This document shows, piece after piece, positions 10,867 to 20,531 of a stretch of 64,000 nucleotides of DNA. The first letter of the stretch is position 1. Each line of letters starts with the position of its first letter. The notes below the pieces were generated by a model. That model searched no databases. It was not told where the DNA came from and saw only the letters and a program-made list of their open reading frames with translations. The stretch lies in assembly GCA_902610815.1 (NCBI GenBank), contig CACLXG010000001.1:12775-76774 (forward strand), read 5' to 3'. Made by a program: the position numbers and the translations under genes. Source of the stretch: an uncultured Candidatus Actinomarina sp. GTDB lineage: Bacteria > Actinomycetota > Acidimicrobiia > Actinomarinales > Actinomarinaceae.

Positions 10867-12708
10867 ATGATTAGATCAAAATCTAAATTCTGGTCTTTGC
10901 TTCTTGTGATGGTACTTGTCCTTGCTGCCTGTGGTGGCGGTAGCGACGATGCTGCTGAAGAAGCTGAAGAATCAGGTGGAGAAGAGTCAGCTACTCAAAC
11001 AACTGATGCATCTTCTTCTGATGGATCATCAGGTTTAACTGGTGAAATCTTAATCGATGGATCTTCAACTGTGTTCCCTATAACACAAGCTGTAGCTGAA
11101 GAATTTACAGCTCTTAACCCAGATGTACAAATATCTGTTGGTGTTTCAGGAACTGGTGGAGGATTCAAGAAATTTTGTCCTGGAGAAACAGATATATCTG
11201 ATGCTTCAAGACCTATTAAAGCCAAAGAGAGAGATCTCTGTGCAGAAAATGGCACTACATATACTGAACTTCAAGTTGGTGTAGACGCACTTTCAGTTGT
11301 TGTTCCAACATCAAATGACTTTGCAACATGTCTAACAACTGAAGAGTTAGGTGCTATATGGGGTGCAGACAGCACAGTCTCTAGTTGGAATCAAGTAAGA
11401 AGTTCATTCCCAGACATATCAATAGACCTTTATGGTCCTGGTACTGACTCTGGAACTTTTGACTTCTTCAATGAGGAAATTACAGAAGACTTGGGCGGTA
11501 GCCGTTCTGACTACACTGCATCAGAAGATGACAACGTTCTTGTAAACGGTGTATCTGGATCAGCTGGTGGTTTAGGATACTTTGGACTCGCATATTATGA
11601 AGAGAACAAAGATAAGCTTACTGCTGTTCAAGTAGATGCTGGTGATGGATGTGTTGGCCCAGAAGGCGCCTTTTCAGGCACATACGGACTAGCAAGACCA
11701 TTGTTTATATATGTAAATGATGCAAAAGCAAACGATCCAGTGATCAAAGCTTTTGTTGATTTTTACTTTGACTCATTAGATCCAATTGTAGAAGCTGTTG
11801 GCTACATTCCAATGTTGCCTGACGCTGCTGCAAGACAATTAGAGTATTGGCAAGTTGTAACAGGAAAACCATTGTCTGGTGAAATCTTAATTGATGGTTC
11901 ATCAACAGTCTTTCCAATCACTCAGGCTGTAGCAGAAGAGTTCACAGCAGTGCATCCTAATGTCAACATATCTGTTGGTGTTTCAGGAACTGGTGGAGGA
12001 TTCAAGAAATTCTGTCCTGGTGAAACAATGATTTCAGATGCTTCTCGTCCAATCAAAGATAAAGAGAAAGCATTATGTGAAGAAAACGGAGTTAATTATT
12101 TAGAAGTACAAGTAGGTATTGATGCTCTTTCAGTTGTTGTTCCAACATCAAATGACTGGGCTACATGTCTTACAACTGCAGAACTTACTTCAATTTGGGG
12201 TGCAGACAGCACTATTACAAACTGGAGCCAAGTAAGAGCAGGGTTCCCAGACGTAGCACTTGACCTTTATGGTCCTGGTACTGACTCTGGAACTTTTGAC
12301 TTCTTCAATGAAGAGTTAACAGAAGATAATGGTGGTAGCCGTTCTGACTACACTGCATCAGAAGATGACAACGTTCTTGTAAACGGTGTATCTGGATCAG
12401 CTGGTGGTTTAGGATACTTTGGACTCGCATATTATGAAGAGAACAAAGATAAGCTTACTGCTGTTCAAGTAGATGCTGGTGATGGATGTCAACCACCTGA
12501 AGCAGCATTTCAAGGAAATTATTTCTTAGCAAGACCACTATTCATCTATATAGCTGAGTCTGCAAAAGGAATGTCTGCAGTTAGAGAATTCGTCGATTTC
12601 TACTTTGTAGCAATGGATTCAATTGTACCTGCAGTAGGTTACGTACCTATGTTAGCTGAACAAAAAATGGCATCACTAATGTCATGGTCAGCGTTTAGTA
12701 GGGGATAG
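10867..12708 (+). CDS. pstS: phosphate ABC transporter substrate-binding lipoprotein, tandem-fused double PstS
   Basis: Signal peptide plus lipobox (LVLAACGG) and an acidic Ser/Glu linker. It is followed by two complete PstS-type domains (each about 279 aa, with SGTGGG and FDFFNEE motifs), at nt 11038-11874 and 11875-12705. Confidence 0.9.
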   Translation: MIRSKSKFWSLLLVMVLVLAACGGGSDDAAEEAEESGGEESATQTTDASSSDGSSGLTGEILIDGSSTVFPITQAVAEEFTALNPDVQISVGVSGTGGGFKKFCPGETDISDASRPIKAKERDLCAENGTTYTELQVGVDALSVVVPTSNDFATCLTTEELGAIWGADSTVSSWNQVRSSFPDISIDLYGPGTDSGTFDFFNEEITEDLGGSRSDYTASEDDNVLVNGVSGSAGGLGYFGLAYYEENKDKLTAVQVDAGDGCVGPEGAFSGTYGLARPLFIYVNDAKANDPVIKAFVDFYFDSLDPIVEAVGYIPMLPDAAARQLEYWQVVTGKPLSGEILIDGSSTVFPITQAVAEEFTAVHPNVNISVGVSGTGGGFKKFCPGETMISDASRPIKDKEKALCEENGVNYLEVQVGIDALSVVVPTSNDWATCLTTAELTSIWGADSTITNWSQVRAGFPDVALDLYGPGTDSGTFDFFNEELTEDNGGSRSDYTASEDDNVLVNGVSGSAGGLGYFGLAYYEENKDKLTAVQVDAGDGCQPPEAAFQGNYFLARPLFIYIAESAKGMSAVREFVDFYFVAMDSIVPAVGYVPMLAEQKMASLMSWSAFSRG

Positions 12709-12731
12709 TCACTTTAATTAAAAAATAGTAA

Positions 12732-12759
12732 TTTGTGAGGGCACATTTGCCCTCACAAA
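12732..12759 (+). terminator. intercistronic GC-rich stem-loop between pstS and pstC (possible partial terminator or mRNA-stabilising hairpin)
   Basis: 11-bp perfect stem TTTGTGAGGGC / GCCCTCACAAA with a 6-nt loop, in otherwise AT-rich spacer. No T-tract follows on the + strand. Confidence 0.35.
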
Positions 12760-12780
12760 CTACAATAAAAATATCAAATT

Positions 12781-13710
12781 ATGGAAAATGTAAATGACCT
12801 TCGTGACCAACTTACGAAAACAATTACTCGTCCAATTGAAAAAATTGTAAAATTTTTTATTACAGCCTCTGCTTTTGCCGCAATTCTTATATCCATATCA
12901 ATTATTTTCACATTATTGACTGAAGCTATTAATTTTTTTCAGGATCCAGCAGTAACTTTTAAAGGGTATTTTACTGCAACTAGATGGACTCCTACTTTCC
13001 AAAATCCCGAATATGGTGTTATTGTTTTGATTTCCTCAACTCTTTATATAGCTGTCATTGCTTGTCTTATTTCTTTTCCTCTAGGGTTATTTTCAGCTAT
13101 ATACTTATCTGAATTTGCAACAAAAAGAACAAGAAAAGTTATAAAACCAGTCTTAGAAGTGTTAGCAGGTGTTCCTACTGTAGTATTTGGTTACTTCGCG
13201 CTTAATTGGATTACTCCGAATATAATTCAGAGATTTATTCCAGGTACGGGAGTGTTTAATGCTTTGTCGGCAGGTATCGCTGTTGGTATCATGATAATAC
13301 CTACAGTCGCCTCTATCTCTGATGATGCTCTCAATGCAGTTCCAAATTCTTTGAGAAATGGGTCATTAGCACTTGGTGCTACTAGAAGAATTACATCACT
13401 TAAAATTATGTTTCCTGCAGCTCTTTCAGGCATTATTGCTTCATTTATATTAGGTTTTTCAAGAGCTATAGGCGAGACAATGATTGTTACCATTGCAGGC
13501 GGGCAGTATCCTGAATTAAACTTAGATCCAAGAAGTGCAATGTACACGATAACATCTTCAATAGTAAATGTATCTCTTGGTGACACACCTCATGGCACTA
13601 CTGCTTATAATGCTTTATTCGCACTTGGTATAACTTTATTTATTATGACTTTTATTCTGAATATAGGTTCTGATTATATTGCCAGAAAGTATAGAAAAGA
13701 ATATGAGTAA
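12781..13710 (+). CDS. pstC: phosphate ABC transporter permease PstC
   Basis: Multi-pass permease with the ABC transmembrane EAA-like region (GATRRITSLKIMFPAA). It follows pstS. Confidence 0.85.
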   Translation: MENVNDLRDQLTKTITRPIEKIVKFFITASAFAAILISISIIFTLLTEAINFFQDPAVTFKGYFTATRWTPTFQNPEYGVIVLISSTLYIAVIACLISFPLGLFSAIYLSEFATKRTRKVIKPVLEVLAGVPTVVFGYFALNWITPNIIQRFIPGTGVFNALSAGIAVGIMIIPTVASISDDALNAVPNSLRNGSLALGATRRITSLKIMFPAALSGIIASFILGFSRAIGETMIVTIAGGQYPELNLDPRSAMYTITSSIVNVSLGDTPHGTTAYNALFALGITLFIMTFILNIGSDYIARKYRKEYE

Positions 13711-14623
13711 CGAAACACTTATAACCGGCAAGAAAGCTGAAAATGCTATCAAAGAAAGTTTATTCCTCTTTACATTATATATATGTGTAACGATTGCTAT
13801 TTTAACTTTGATGACCTTAATCTATGATGTACTTTCTACTGGGACTACAAGATTGACATCAGACTATGAGGTTGGTCTCATTACAAAAATACAAATTGAT
13901 AATCCTATAGATTTTTTAACAACATTAGATTCACGTTATCCAGATAGAGCTGGTATCGGCCCAGCTTTTGCTGGGACAGTATGGCTTATGATAATAGTTG
14001 TTTCTGTAACATTTCCTTTTGGTACAGGAGCGGCTATATATCTTCAAGAATTTGCCCCAAAAAATAAAATAACAAGGTTTATTGAATTAAATTTAACTAA
14101 CTTGGCAGGAGTCCCTTCAGTTATTTATGGTTTACTGGGGCTTGCAGTGTTTGTGCGTTTAGCTGGATTTGGAAGATCTGTTCTATCAGGTGGATTAACA
14201 TTAACGTTACTAATTCTTCCAGTGGTCATTGTGGCATCTAGAGAGGCTCTTAAGGCTGTTCCAGACACAATACGCCAGGGTGCTTTAGCACTTGGAGCTA
14301 CCAAATTTCAGGCAGTTTTTAGACAGGTTGTGCCTTCTGCAATTCCAGGAATGGTAACTGGGATGGTCCTCGGACTCTCCCGAGCAATTGGAGAGACTGC
14401 TCCATTAATTTTTATGGGTGCTTTGACTTATGTTAATTATTTTCCTGATACCCCTTTAAGTGGTTTTACTGCTATTCCAATCCAAGTCTATAACTGGATT
14501 GGATATCCTCAGGCTGAATGGAAGGAAACAGCTTCAGCTGGAATCATCTTACTTTTGGGTTTATTATTAATCATGAACTCACTAGCCATATTTATTAGAA
14601 ACAGATACGAGAAGGATTTATAG
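13679..14623 (+). CDS. pstA: phosphate ABC transporter permease PstA
   Basis: Second permease with an EAA-like motif (LGATKFQAVFRQVVPSA). The likely true start is ATG 13703, overlapping the pstC stop. Confidence 0.85.
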   Translation: MPESIEKNMSNETLITGKKAENAIKESLFLFTLYICVTIAILTLMTLIYDVLSTGTTRLTSDYEVGLITKIQIDNPIDFLTTLDSRYPDRAGIGPAFAGTVWLMIIVVSVTFPFGTGAAIYLQEFAPKNKITRFIELNLTNLAGVPSVIYGLLGLAVFVRLAGFGRSVLSGGLTLTLLILPVVIVASREALKAVPDTIRQGALALGATKFQAVFRQVVPSAIPGMVTGMVLGLSRAIGETAPLIFMGALTYVNYFPDTPLSGFTAIPIQVYNWIGYPQAEWKETASAGIILLLGLLLIMNSLAIFIRNRYEKDL

Positions 14624-14647
14624 TGATATTTATAAAGGAGACAAATA

Positions 14648-15457
14648 GTGGAAACTAAAGAAACAGTTCAGGTCAATAGTGAAAGCGTATTTAATGTAAC
14701 AGACCTATCTGTAAGTTATGGAGACTTTGTCGCAATCAAAAATGTAAATATGGATATTACTAAAAACAAAATTACTGCTTTTATCGGGCCCTCAGGTTGT
14801 GGAAAAAGCACATTAATAAGATCATTTAACAGGATGAATGATCTTATATTAGGTGCAAAAGTTAATGGAACAATAACATATCAGGGAGTTGATTTATACG
14901 ACAAAATGGTTGACCCAGTTCAGGTCAGAAGAAGAATAGGAATGGTTTTTCAAAAACCTAATCCATTCCCAAAAACTATAAAAGAGAATATTACTTTTGG
15001 ACTTAAGGTTAACAACATGACTGATAACATGGATGATCGAGTTGAGAAAGCATTAACTCAAGCAGCATTATGGGATGAAGTTAAGGATGATTTAGACAAA
15101 AATGCATTAGAACTATCTGGTGGTCAACAACAAAGATTATGCATTGCCAGGACAATTGCAGTTGAGCCAGATACAATTTTAATGGATGAGCCTTGCTCTG
15201 CATTAGACCCTGTAGCAACAAAAAAAATAGAAGACCTCATGCAAGAGCTTGTAAAAGAATTCTCAATACTTATTGTCACACACAACATGCAACAAGCCTC
15301 TAGATCTTCTGATTACTGTGCATTTTTTACAACGAAAACCTCTGATGATGGAAAAAGAAGAACTGGAGAATTAGTTGAGTTCAATGAAACAAGTGTTATG
15401 TTTACTACTCCTGATAAGGAGTTAACAGAACAATATATATCAGGCAGGTTCGGATGA
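14648..15457 (+). CDS. pstB: phosphate ABC transporter ATP-binding protein PstB
   Basis: GTG start after an AAAGGAG RBS. Walker [10 protein letters not shown], signature LSGGQQQRL and Walker B ILMDEP. Confidence 0.92.
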   Translation: METKETVQVNSESVFNVTDLSVSYGDFVAIKNVNMDITKNKITAFIGPSGCGKSTLIRSFNRMNDLILGAKVNGTITYQGVDLYDKMVDPVQVRRRIGMVFQKPNPFPKTIKENITFGLKVNNMTDNMDDRVEKALTQAALWDEVKDDLDKNALELSGGQQQRLCIARTIAVEPDTILMDEPCSALDPVATKKIEDLMQELVKEFSILIVTHNMQQASRSSDYCAFFTTKTSDDGKRRTGELVEFNETSVMFTTPDKELTEQYISGRFG

Positions 15458-16095
15458 GTTTACAAGAAAAGATCGAAAACCTTGAAACAGATCTACATTT
15501 AATGGGCAGGCTTGTTTTAGATGCTCTAGTAGATGGCGTTAGGGCTTTAGAGGATAAAGACGTTAATAGAGCAATAGCAACAATAGAAAAAGATGATGAA
15601 ATTGATGCGGCTTACCTTAAAATTGACCAAGACTGGGTTGAGCTTATGGCCACAGAGCAACTTGTAGCAACAGACTTAAGACTTTCTACATCTATTTTGC
15701 AAGCAAGTTTACACTTAGAGCGCCTTGGTGATTTGGCTGTTTATCTTGGAAATACAACACAAGAAATTTTTGATTCACCAGTACCAGAGACAGTACATGC
15801 AACTGTAGTAGAAATGGGGGATTTAGTAATTGATATGGCTTCATCCGCAATGGAAAGTTTAAAAAATAGAGATAAAGACCTAGCTTTAGCAACAGCTGAA
15901 AAAGATAATCAAGTAAATAGACTTTATAACGCAATGCTAGAAGAAGCACCAAAAATAGCTGGGAATGAAGATTTATTCAATGGATTATTTAGACTTGTCA
16001 CTTGTATTCGTACATTAGAGAGAGGTGGCGATCACGCAGTTGATATTTGTGAATTAACTCACTTCCTTGTGACTGGTAAATTTGAAGAATTTTAA
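15454..16095 (+). CDS. phoU: phosphate signalling complex protein PhoU
   Basis: 213 aa with two PhoU repeats. It overlaps the pstB stop. Confidence 0.8.
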   Translation: MSLQEKIENLETDLHLMGRLVLDALVDGVRALEDKDVNRAIATIEKDDEIDAAYLKIDQDWVELMATEQLVATDLRLSTSILQASLHLERLGDLAVYLGNTTQEIFDSPVPETVHATVVEMGDLVIDMASSAMESLKNRDKDLALATAEKDNQVNRLYNAMLEEAPKIAGNEDLFNGLFRLVTCIRTLERGGDHAVDICELTHFLVTGKFEEF

Positions 16096-16784
16096 TGTCG
16101 GGTAAAATTTTATTAGTTGAAGATGAACACAGCATTGCCGAACCCGTAATTTATAACTTAAAACAAGAAGGCTTTTCCGTTACACATGTTGATGAAGGAC
16201 CTATTGCTTTAGAGATTTTTGGTGAAGAATCTTTTGATTTAGTTATTTTAGATTTAATGCTTCCACAGATTTCGGGACTTGATATATGTAGGTCCATAAG
16301 AAAAAGTTCTGATGTACCAATTATTATGGTGACTGCAAAAGACAGTGAGGCTGATAGAGTAGCTGGATTAGAATTAGGCGCCGATGACTATGTTACAAAA
16401 CCATTCTCAGTGCGTGAATTGATGAGTAGAGTGAGAGCGGTCCTAAGACGTACGACTTCTAAAACATCAACAAAGGAAAAGTCAGTTAAAGCTGGCAATA
16501 TTGAAATTAATTTATCGAAATACGAAGCAAAAGTTGACAATAATAAGATTAATTTAACACCAAGAGAGTTTGAGCTGTTATACGCGTTTTGCGAGAATCA
16601 AGGAAATTTAATGTCAAGAGAACAGATATTTGATGAAATATGGGGATATTCTTTTATTGGAAATACAAAAACCCTTGATGTGCACATACAAAGAATTAGA
16701 GAGAAAATTGAAGTTGATCCAAAAAAACCTAAAAGATTAATAACTGTTAGGGGAGTTGGATATAAATTAGTAAATGATGGATAA
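16095..16784 (+). CDS. OmpR-family response regulator (PhoB/PhoP/RegX3-like)
   Basis: Receiver domain (LLVEDE…DLVILDLMLP…) plus a winged-helix trans_reg_C domain (LTPREFELL…). Its start codon overlaps the phoU stop. Confidence 0.85.
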   Translation: MSGKILLVEDEHSIAEPVIYNLKQEGFSVTHVDEGPIALEIFGEESFDLVILDLMLPQISGLDICRSIRKSSDVPIIMVTAKDSEADRVAGLELGADDYVTKPFSVRELMSRVRAVLRRTTSKTSTKEKSVKAGNIEINLSKYEAKVDNNKINLTPREFELLYAFCENQGNLMSREQIFDEIWGYSFIGNTKTLDVHIQRIREKIEVDPKKPKRLITVRGVGYKLVNDG

Positions 16785-17457
16785 AGATAATCAAGACATA
16801 GATAAGCTAAAACAAGAGTTCATTGCCAATGCTTCACATGAACTAAAGACACCTGTAACTTCTATTCAATTAGCTGTTGAGACAGCTATTTCAGCATTAG
16901 AAAATTCTGAGATTGAAGATGCTAAAAGATTTATGAATCAAATTCTACAAGATAGTCAGAGAATGACACTACTGCTCTCAGATCTTTTGGACCTTTCACA
17001 ACTTGAAGTCAATAATCCAGAGAAAGAACTAGTAAGCTTGAACGCAATCATTGATGCTGAAATTGGATTTTTATCTAATGAAAATAAAAATCGTGTAGTT
17101 TTTGAATCTGAAGACATTGAATTTTTAATTGATCCTAGTGACTTTTCTATGATAATTAGAAATCTATTAAGGAATGCTTGTAATTACTCAGAATTAGATA
17201 AGGAAATAAATATAAAGTTATTTAAAAACGAGTCAAATGTTGTTTTGAGTGTTGTTGATAAAGGTAGAGGAATTGCAACTACAGACCAAGAAAGAATTTT
17301 TGAGAGGTTTTACAGAGTAGATAAAGGCAGGTCTAGATCACTTGGTGGTACAGGAATTGGTTTATCAATAGTAAAACATGCTGTAGAACGTAATGGTGGT
17401 GTCATTGAATTGATTAGCCAATTTGGAGAGGGCTCAGAGTTTAAAGTAATATTTTAA
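16774..17457 (+). CDS. minimal sensor-less histidine kinase (HisKA + HATPase_c only), PhoR/SenX3-like by context
   Basis: The H-box NASHELKTP lies at residue about 20. N, G1 and G2 boxes (…GGTGIGLSIV…) are present. There is no TM or PAS region. It overlaps the regulator gene by 11 nt. Confidence 0.75.
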   Translation: MMDKDNQDIDKLKQEFIANASHELKTPVTSIQLAVETAISALENSEIEDAKRFMNQILQDSQRMTLLLSDLLDLSQLEVNNPEKELVSLNAIIDAEIGFLSNENKNRVVFESEDIEFLIDPSDFSMIIRNLLRNACNYSELDKEINIKLFKNESNVVLSVVDKGRGIATTDQERIFERFYRVDKGRSRSLGGTGIGLSIVKHAVERNGGVIELISQFGEGSEFKVIF

Positions 17458-17462
17458 AAATT

Positions 17463-18479
17463 TTAACTTACGTCCCAAGTTCCTAAAGAACGTATAAGCT
17501 TATCTAATTCACCTTCACCTTTTTGTTCTATAGCACTATCGATTTGACCATGAACCTCTTCCGTAAAGGTATCTCTCTGGACTTTTCTAAATACACCAAG
17601 TGGTGTTGGACCATATGGACCATGAGAAAGTCTAGATAAAGAGAAAGCAATTGAAGGATTCTCTTCATGAATGTTATGAACATAGATCTCAGATTCATCG
17701 ACATCTTTAGTATCAACAATTTGCGCAATACCATTTCTGATAACTACAGCTTTATGACCATCTTCCCCAAAAACTGTTTTCTCACCATGCACTAAATTAA
17801 TTCTATTTGCTACTTTTGTCTCTTTATTAGTCAACTGTTCAAAGGCTTTATCATTGAAGACATTACAGTTTTGATAAATCTCTACAAAAGCAGAACCTTT
17901 GTGATTTTTAGCTTCTTCTAAAATCCCTGCAGTAAGATCTCTATCCATATCAATAGACCTTGCCACAAAAGTAGCTTCAGCACCTATTGCAAGACTCATT
18001 GGATTGAGTGGCATCTCTACTGAACCAAAAGGTGAAGATTTAGTCTTCTTACCTTCCTCACTAGTAGGAGAGTACTGACCTTTAGTGAGTCCATAAATCT
18101 GATTATTAAACATAAGAATTTTAATGTTGACATTTTTTCGAAGAGCATGAATTAAGTGGTTTCCTCCAATAGATAAGGAGTCACCATCACCAGAAACAAC
18201 CCAAACAGATAAATCTGGATTTGATACTGATACACCAGTAGCTACTGCTGGCGCTCTACCATGAATTGAGTGAACACCATATGTGTTCATATAATATGGG
18301 AACCTTGCTGCACAACCAATTCCAGAGACAAAAACTATTTTTTCTTTTGAGATGCCCATCTCAGCCATGAAATTCTGGACGGATGCAAGGATAGTGTAGT
18401 CACCACAACCAGGACACCACTTGACTTCTTGGTCGCTTTGCAAATCAGTTCTTTTATAGGTAACAGGTATTTTACTCAT
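17463..18479 (-). CDS. korB: 2-oxoglutarate/2-oxoacid:ferredoxin oxidoreductase subunit beta
   Basis: TPP-binding motif VSGDGDSLSIGGNH and Cys cluster (CPGCGDY). It partners the upstream korA. Confidence 0.8.
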   Translation of the reverse strand: MSKIPVTYKRTDLQSDQEVKWCPGCGDYTILASVQNFMAEMGISKEKIVFVSGIGCAARFPYYMNTYGVHSIHGRAPAVATGVSVSNPDLSVWVVSGDGDSLSIGGNHLIHALRKNVNIKILMFNNQIYGLTKGQYSPTSEEGKKTKSSPFGSVEMPLNPMSLAIGAEATFVARSIDMDRDLTAGILEEAKNHKGSAFVEIYQNCNVFNDKAFEQLTNKETKVANRINLVHGEKTVFGEDGHKAVVIRNGIAQIVDTKDVDESEIYVHNIHEENPSIAFSLSRLSHGPYGPTPLGVFRKVQRDTFTEEVHGQIDSAIEQKGEGELDKLIRSLGTWDVS

Positions 18480-20322
18480 TTATAATTGCCTCAATTTTAT
18501 CAGTTAGCTCCAGGGCAGTAAATGGCTCACCAGAAACTTTATTAATTCCTCGTGCATCAACTAAAAATGCCTCTCGAACTAATTTAAGTAGCTGACCAGT
18601 ATTTAGCTCAGGAATGATTACTTGTTTAAATTTTGATATAACTTCAAGTGTATTGTCTGGGAAAGGATTGAGATGAACAAAATGCGCACTTGCAACTTTG
18701 ACACCTTTTTCATTCAATCTATTGACAGCTTGTGTAATTCCTCCATAAGTTGATCCCCAACCAAGAACTAATGTATCAGCAGATTCATCACCATGAAGCT
18801 CTAACTTATCAATATCATTTGCTATGTTGGATACTTTCCATGCTCTCATATCTGTCATATATTGGTGGTTTGCAGCGTCATAAGAAACATTTCCTGTTCC
18901 TTCTTCTTTTTCAAGACCACCGACTCTATATTCTAGTCCTGGAGTACCAGGCAGTGCCCATGGTCTGGCAAACGTATCAACATTTCTTAGGAATGGTAAA
19001 AATCCATCTTCTGTATTAAGTTTTGTAACGATATTTGTTTCTAAATTATTCAGTTCTTCAGTATTTGGAAGGTTCCAAGGTTCTGAACCAGTCGCTACAT
19101 AGTTGTCTGATAATAAAATTACCGGTGTCATATATTTTAAGGCAATTCTTGCAGCTTCATAAGCTGCATAAAATGCATGTGAAGGCGACTTGGCAGCTAC
19201 AACAGGCAGAGGAGATTCCCCATGTCTTCCATATAATGCAAACATAAGATCTGATTGTTCAGGCTTAGTTGGGAGTCCAGTAGATGGACCACCTCTTTGT
19301 ACATTTACTATCACTAATGGAAGCTCAGCAGATAATGCCAATGAGATAGTTTCACTTTTAAGTGCAAGTCCAGGACCACTTGTACCAGTAACAGCAAGTT
19401 TTCCGGTAAATGAAGCACCTACAGCTGCAGCTGCAGCTGCTATTTCATCTTCTGCTTGAAAAGTAATTACATTAAAGTTTTTATGTTTTGAGAGTTCATG
19501 CAAAATATCTGATGCTGGTGTAATTGGATAGCTACCATAAAATAAATCAAGATCCGCTTTCTTAGCAGCAGTAATTAGGCCCCAGCTCAAACCAATATTT
19601 CCATTGATATTTGTGTATTCACCTGGAGGAAGAGAGGCTTTATCAACAACATACGTATGATGAAATGCCTCAACAGTTATACCAAAGTTATAACCAGTTT
19701 TTAGTGCTTTAATGTTTGCTTTTGCAATCTCTGGAAGTTTACTAAATTTATCATTAATCCAATTTTCTGTATCTTCTAGGGGTCTGTTAAATGTCCATGA
19801 TATCAAGCCAAGCGCAATCATATTTTTTGATCTTAAAACTGCTCTACCAGGTAAATCAAACTCTTCTAAAGCTTCCTTGGTTAGTTTTTCCATCGGGACC
19901 TGAAATACTCTGTATCCGTCTAACTCACCAGATTCTCTTGGATCTACTTTATATCCTGCTTTTGTAATATTTTTTTCTTCAAATGCATCCTCATTTAAAA
20001 TGAGCATTCCATTTGGAGCTAGATCGTGTAGATGTGCTTTCAGAGCAGCAGGGTTCATCGCAACTAAAACATCAGGATTATCACCAGGAGTTAAAATATC
20101 AAAATCTGCTATTTGAACTTGAAAAGAAGAAACTCCTGCAATAGTTCCTTGAGGTGCTCTTATTTCAGCTGGGAATGCAGGGAGAGTTGCTAAGTCATTT
20201 CCAAACACAGCAGAAGTATCGGTAAATCTTGTGCCTACTAGCTGCATACCATCACCAGAGTCACCAGCAAATCTAATTGTTATTGCTGGAATAGACTCTA
20301 CTGTTTTGTTTTCAATTTCCAT
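18472..20322 (-). CDS. korA: 2-oxoglutarate/2-oxoacid:ferredoxin oxidoreductase subunit alpha
   Basis: 616 aa fused alpha/gamma-type KOR subunit. It overlaps the korB start. Confidence 0.8.
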   Translation of the reverse strand: MEIENKTVESIPAITIRFAGDSGDGMQLVGTRFTDTSAVFGNDLATLPAFPAEIRAPQGTIAGVSSFQVQIADFDILTPGDNPDVLVAMNPAALKAHLHDLAPNGMLILNEDAFEEKNITKAGYKVDPRESGELDGYRVFQVPMEKLTKEALEEFDLPGRAVLRSKNMIALGLISWTFNRPLEDTENWINDKFSKLPEIAKANIKALKTGYNFGITVEAFHHTYVVDKASLPPGEYTNINGNIGLSWGLITAAKKADLDLFYGSYPITPASDILHELSKHKNFNVITFQAEDEIAAAAAAVGASFTGKLAVTGTSGPGLALKSETISLALSAELPLVIVNVQRGGPSTGLPTKPEQSDLMFALYGRHGESPLPVVAAKSPSHAFYAAYEAARIALKYMTPVILLSDNYVATGSEPWNLPNTEELNNLETNIVTKLNTEDGFLPFLRNVDTFARPWALPGTPGLEYRVGGLEKEEGTGNVSYDAANHQYMTDMRAWKVSNIANDIDKLELHGDESADTLVLGWGSTYGGITQAVNRLNEKGVKVASAHFVHLNPFPDNTLEVISKFKQVIIPELNTGQLLKLVREAFLVDARGINKVSGEPFTALELTDKIEAIINE

Positions 20323-20339
20323 AAGTATTCCTTATTAAT

Positions 20340-20531
20340 TTATTGTAATCTTTGCGGGGATAATGCAATTTCATTTTGTTGGGTTCCTGAGCAAAATTCA
20401 GCACTCTCACCAGAACAACACTCTGCTTGATTTAAACCAAACATTGCACAGCTACTACTGATACATGCAGCGTGACCATGAATATAAGCCATCTGATTTT
20501 TACACCAACTACAGTGAAGCGAATTACTCAT
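20340..20531 (-). CDS. Cys/His-rich small protein (8 Cys, 3 His in 63 aa), putative metal-binding
   Basis: Translation MSNSLHCSWCKNQMAYIHGHAACISSSCAMFGLNQAECCSGESAEFCSG…. Its ATG overlaps the sodX stop by 8 nt, and an RBS-like AAGGAA lies before the downstream korA. Confidence 0.45.
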   Translation of the reverse strand: MSNSLHCSWCKNQMAYIHGHAACISSSCAMFGLNQAECCSGESAEFCSGTQQNEIALSPQRLQ

